Shown one piece after another: positions 25,218-28,450 of a DNA stretch of 28,450 bases. The first letter of the stretch is position 1. The number at the start of each line of letters is the position of its first letter. The DNA comes from Gemmatimonadales bacterium (GTDB lineage Bacteria; Gemmatimonadota; Gemmatimonadetes; Gemmatimonadales; GWC2-71-9). The stretch lies in assembly GCA_039794085.1 (NCBI GenBank), contig JBDIWC010000049.1:1-28450 (forward strand). Reading direction: 5' to 3'. A program made the translations under genes and the position numbers. The notes under the pieces were generated by a model. It did no database searches. It was not told the DNA's origin and saw only the letters and a program-made list of their open reading frames with translations.

Positions 25218-27773
25218 ATGGGCGCAACCAGCCCGGGCGAGGGACCGGACCGCGGGAGTGGGGGTTCGGGAAGCGAGCGCCTCGGTCCGTATCGCGCCAA
25301 GCGATCGCTCGACCGGACCCCGGAGCCGGGAGGCGCCCCCCCGCGCCCCGGGGGGAGCCGGTACGTCTTTCACAAGCACGCCGCCCGGAATCTCCACTGG
25401 GATCTGCGCCTGGAATTCGAGGGGGTGCTGCTTTCCTGGGCCGTCCCGAAGGGCCCCTCCTACGATACCGCGGAGAAACGTCTCGCGGTTCATGTGGAGG
25501 ACCACCCGGTGGAATACGGGGACTTCGAGGGTCGCATCCCCGAGGGCAACTACGGTGCGGGGGCGGTCATCACCTGGGACGCCGGCACCTGGGTTCCGAT
25601 CGGGGATCCTGCCGAGGGACTCGTCTCCGGGAAACTCCTCTTCGAACTGCGGGGGCACAAGCTCCGGGGCCTCTGGACCCTGGTCAAGATCCGGAAAACC
25701 GAACGGGAATGGCTTCTGATCAAGGAACGAGACGACTGGGCGGCCTCAGCGGAGTCTCCCCGAGTGGTCCCCGAACAGTCGGTGAGGAGTGGCCTGCTGG
25801 TCGAGGAGTTGAAGGCGGGGGTCGATCCCGTCTCCCGTCTCCGCGATCGCCTCGCCGAACTCGGGGCCCCTCTTCTCACTCCCGGGGCCCCGCCTCCCCG
25901 TCCGATGCTTGCCGAACGCGCCGAGAGGCCCTTCACCCGCGACGGCTGGGTGTTCGAGCCCAAGCTTGACGGATACCGGATCCTTGCCCTGCGCGAGGGA
26001 GCGGTCACCCGGCTTCTCACCCGCAACGGCCGCGATGCGACGGCGGCCTTTCCGGAAGTTGCGCGCGCGGTCGAGGCGCTGCCCTATCCTGATCTTGTGC
26101 TCGATGGGGAGGTGGTCGCACTGGATGAGGCGGGTCGGCCGAGCTTCCAAGATCTGCAGCGGAGAGCGCAGTATCTGCGACCACACGACGGGACGCGGGG
26201 CGCCTCACTCTCCGCGGTGCGGTACTATGTCTTCGACCTGCTGACCCTGGCGGACCGGGACCTGCGACCGCTTCCCCTCCTCGCCCGCAAGGAGATCCTG
26301 CGCCGGGTTCTCCCTCCGGTGGGCCCCCTCGCGATGGTGGACCATTTCGACCGGGAGGGGGAACGGGTGTTCCGCGAGGTGGAACGTCTCGGGCTCGAGG
26401 GGCTCGTGGCGAAGCGCGCCGACGCGCCGTATCGGGAGGGGAGGTCCCCTGCGTGGCTCAAGATCCGGAGCGAGCGCACGGGAGATTTTGTGGTGGTCGG
26501 GTACACCGAGCCCAAGGGTTCCCGGGCCGGTTTCGGCGGGCTCCATCTGGCCACGCACGAGGGAGAGGGCGGGGCCTTGGTGTACTGCGGGAGTGTGGGC
26601 AGTGGTTTCGCAGAGGAGGATCTCACCGCCATACGCGCCCAGCTCGAGACCCTGCGAGAGGAGACCACGCCCTGTCGTGAGCCCCTCCCCGACGGAGTGG
26701 CGGGGACCTGGACCCGCCCGGTTCTGGTTTGTGAGGTCCGCTTTGTGGAATGGACCGATCAGGGGCAGCTGCGCCAGCCGGTGTTCCTCCGGTGGCGGGA
26801 CGACAAGGGACCGGAGGACTGCCTCCGTCACCTTCCGGAACCCGTGGCCGAGGATCCCCCGCTTCCCGAGAACGCTCCCGCCGTCCCCCACGAGGTTCAC
26901 CTCACCAATCTCGACAAGATCTTCTGGCCCGAGGAGGGATTTACCAAGCGGGACCTCATCGAGTACTACGAAGCGATCGCCCCCTGGATGCTGGTGTATC
27001 TCCGGGATCGTCCCGTCGTGCTGACCCGGTACCCCGACGGCATCACCGGACCCTCCTTCTTCCAGAAGGATGCTCCGGAGTATGCCCCGGAATGGCTCCG
27101 GCGGGAGACGATGTGGAGCGAACAGGCCGGGCGCGAGATCCGGTACTTCATCGCCGACGACGTGCCCTCTCTGCGGTACCTCGCCAACATGGCGGCCATC
27201 CCGCTCCACATCTGGGCCAGCCGCGCGGCTCAGCTGGAGCGCCCCGACTGGTGCGTTCTCGACCTGGACCCGAAGGAGGCGCCGTTCTCCTCCGTGGTCA
27301 CGGTGGCGCTGGCGGTTCATGCCCTGTGCGAGGACGTGGGGCTCCCCTCGTTCGTCAAGACGACCGGGTCAACGGGTCTGCACATCCTCCTTCCCCTGGG
27401 CCGGATGCTGACCCACGAGCAATCACGGAATCTGGGAGAGCTGCTGGCACGTGTGGTGGTGGGAACCTGTCCCGAACTGGCCACCGTGACCCGTATCATC
27501 GATCGCCGGGAGGGAAAGGTGTATGTGGATTACCTTCAGAACGGGCATGGCAAGCTCATGGTGTCGCCCTTCAGCGTGCGACCGGTGCCCGGGGCCCTGG
27601 TGTCAATGCCCCTCCGGTGGGAGGAGCTGGGGCCGGACCTCAATCTGCGGGACCACACGCTCCGGAACGCCGTCGAACGGATGGAGACGTGGGGAGAGGA
27701 TCCGATGGCGGGGGTTCTGACTGCCGTGCCCGATCTGCCGAATGTCCTGGCGCGGCTCGCCACCCGCCGCTGA
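25218..27773 (+). CDS. ligD: NHEJ DNA ligase D (phosphoesterase-ligase-polymerase)
   Basis: HAARNLHWDLRLE (PE), EPKLDGYR and EGLVAK (ligase), RYPDG, DLD, KTTGSTGLH, VDYLQN (Pol). Confidence 0.96.
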   Translation: MGATSPGEGPDRGSGGSGSERLGPYRAKRSLDRTPEPGGAPPRPGGSRYVFHKHAARNLHWDLRLEFEGVLLSWAVPKGPSYDTAEKRLAVHVEDHPVEYGDFEGRIPEGNYGAGAVITWDAGTWVPIGDPAEGLVSGKLLFELRGHKLRGLWTLVKIRKTEREWLLIKERDDWAASAESPRVVPEQSVRSGLLVEELKAGVDPVSRLRDRLAELGAPLLTPGAPPPRPMLAERAERPFTRDGWVFEPKLDGYRILALREGAVTRLLTRNGRDATAAFPEVARAVEALPYPDLVLDGEVVALDEAGRPSFQDLQRRAQYLRPHDGTRGASLSAVRYYVFDLLTLADRDLRPLPLLARKEILRRVLPPVGPLAMVDHFDREGERVFREVERLGLEGLVAKRADAPYREGRSPAWLKIRSERTGDFVVVGYTEPKGSRAGFGGLHLATHEGEGGALVYCGSVGSGFAEEDLTAIRAQLETLREETTPCREPLPDGVAGTWTRPVLVCEVRFVEWTDQGQLRQPVFLRWRDDKGPEDCLRHLPEPVAEDPPLPENAPAVPHEVHLTNLDKIFWPEEGFTKRDLIEYYEAIAPWMLVYLRDRPVVLTRYPDGITGPSFFQKDAPEYAPEWLRRETMWSEQAGREIRYFIADDVPSLRYLANMAAIPLHIWASRAAQLERPDWCVLDLDPKEAPFSSVVTVALAVHALCEDVGLPSFVKTTGSTGLHILLPLGRMLTHEQSRNLGELLARVVVGTCPELATVTRIIDRREGKVYVDYLQNGHGKLMVSPFSVRPVPGALVSMPLRWEELGPDLNLRDHTLRNAVERMETWGEDPMAGVLTAVPDLPNVLARLATRR

Positions 27774-27800
27774 ACTGCCCGGTCCCCCGGGCCCAACACC

Positions 27801-28319
27801 ATGGAGTGGTCCGTGCCTCTGCGCACCCGCAACCGCGTCGCGATCCTGCTCACCCTCGTGTCCCTCGTCATGCTCATCCCGGGCCTGTTGGCGCCGCTCA
27901 TCACCATCACCGCCTCGATGGACCTGCTGGGCGTGTCGCGTGAGCTCTTCCGGGAAACCCGCAGCATTCTCGGCGCCATCCAGAGCCTGCACGATTCGGG
28001 TAATGATTTCGTCGCCGGCCTCATCCTTCTCTTCAGCATTCTCGTGCCGGCCCTCAAGGCCCTGCTCCTGTTCGTGATTCTTCTCCTGCGGAAACCGGAA
28101 TCGCGCCACCGGCTCTACCTCTTCGTGCGCTCCATCAGCAAGTGGTCCATGGCGGATGTGTTCGTGGTCGGCGTGTTCATCGCCCTCCTGGCGGCCAAGG
28201 CCACCGACAACCTCGACGGCGTGATCGGAAGCGGCTTCTACTGGTTCACGGGGTACGCCGTAGTCTCCAACCTGGCGTTTCAGTTCCTGGTGGTACGGGG
28301 AGCAGGGAGTAGGGAATAG
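27801..28319 (+). CDS. Paraquat-inducible protein A (PqiA) domain membrane protein
   Basis: SILGAI..L, FSILVPALK, ISKWSMADVFVV, G.GFYWF. Confidence 0.85.
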   Translation: MEWSVPLRTRNRVAILLTLVSLVMLIPGLLAPLITITASMDLLGVSRELFRETRSILGAIQSLHDSGNDFVAGLILLFSILVPALKALLLFVILLLRKPESRHRLYLFVRSISKWSMADVFVVGVFIALLAAKATDNLDGVIGSGFYWFTGYAVVSNLAFQFLVVRGAGSRE

Positions 28320-28326
28320 GGAATAG
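28298..28326. repeat. Heptamer tandem GGGA(G/A)(C/T)A x4 overlapping the PqiA stop
   Basis: gggagca gggagta gggaata gggaata; same family as 2400-2440. Confidence 0.75.
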
Positions 28327-28374
28327 TCCCTTACGGACAAGATTGAACACAAAACGGCAACAATATTTTGGGCG
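28324..28374 (+). repeat. 51-bp element, inverted copy of 242-292
   Basis: TAGTCCCTTACGGACA.GAT.GAAC..AAAACGGCAACAATATT.TGGGCG. Confidence 0.85.
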
Positions 28375-28450
28375 CCCCCCGGACACCCGCTCCGGCCGTG
28401 CGTGTGACGGCGTCTGTGACGGCATCCCACTTGGGGCTCTTCAGGGTTTC

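Overview
High-GC bacterial window; the gene content and repeat families suggest Gemmatimonadota, which is an inference. Most of it is ordinary: secreted gamma-glutamyltransferase, ClpP, malic enzyme, a blue-copper lipoprotein/DUF2231/NDH-2 cluster, USP, DoxX-cyanophycinase-M28 operon, acyltransferase, UvrD helicase with an inserted DEDDh exonuclease, a decayed DUF4159 gene, divergent ku/ligD and a PqiA-domain gene. The stand-out region is about 9.8-15.5 kb. A modular non-coding repeat block and a promoter precede a large HExxH (gluzincin-like) protein whose lipoprotein signal peptide is frameshifted at a G9/A3 run. Five tandem ~650-bp cassettes follow. Each carries the last 88 nt of the peptidase gene plus a variant ~150-aa lipoprotein, and (TGAACAR)13-19 heptamer tracts separate them. 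The cassettes are mosaic (A-B-C-A'-B') and one carries an amber stop. Both window ends carry the same 51-bp element in inverted orientation, the left copy abutting an ISL3 remnant. All calls come from motif recognition by eye; no database search was run.
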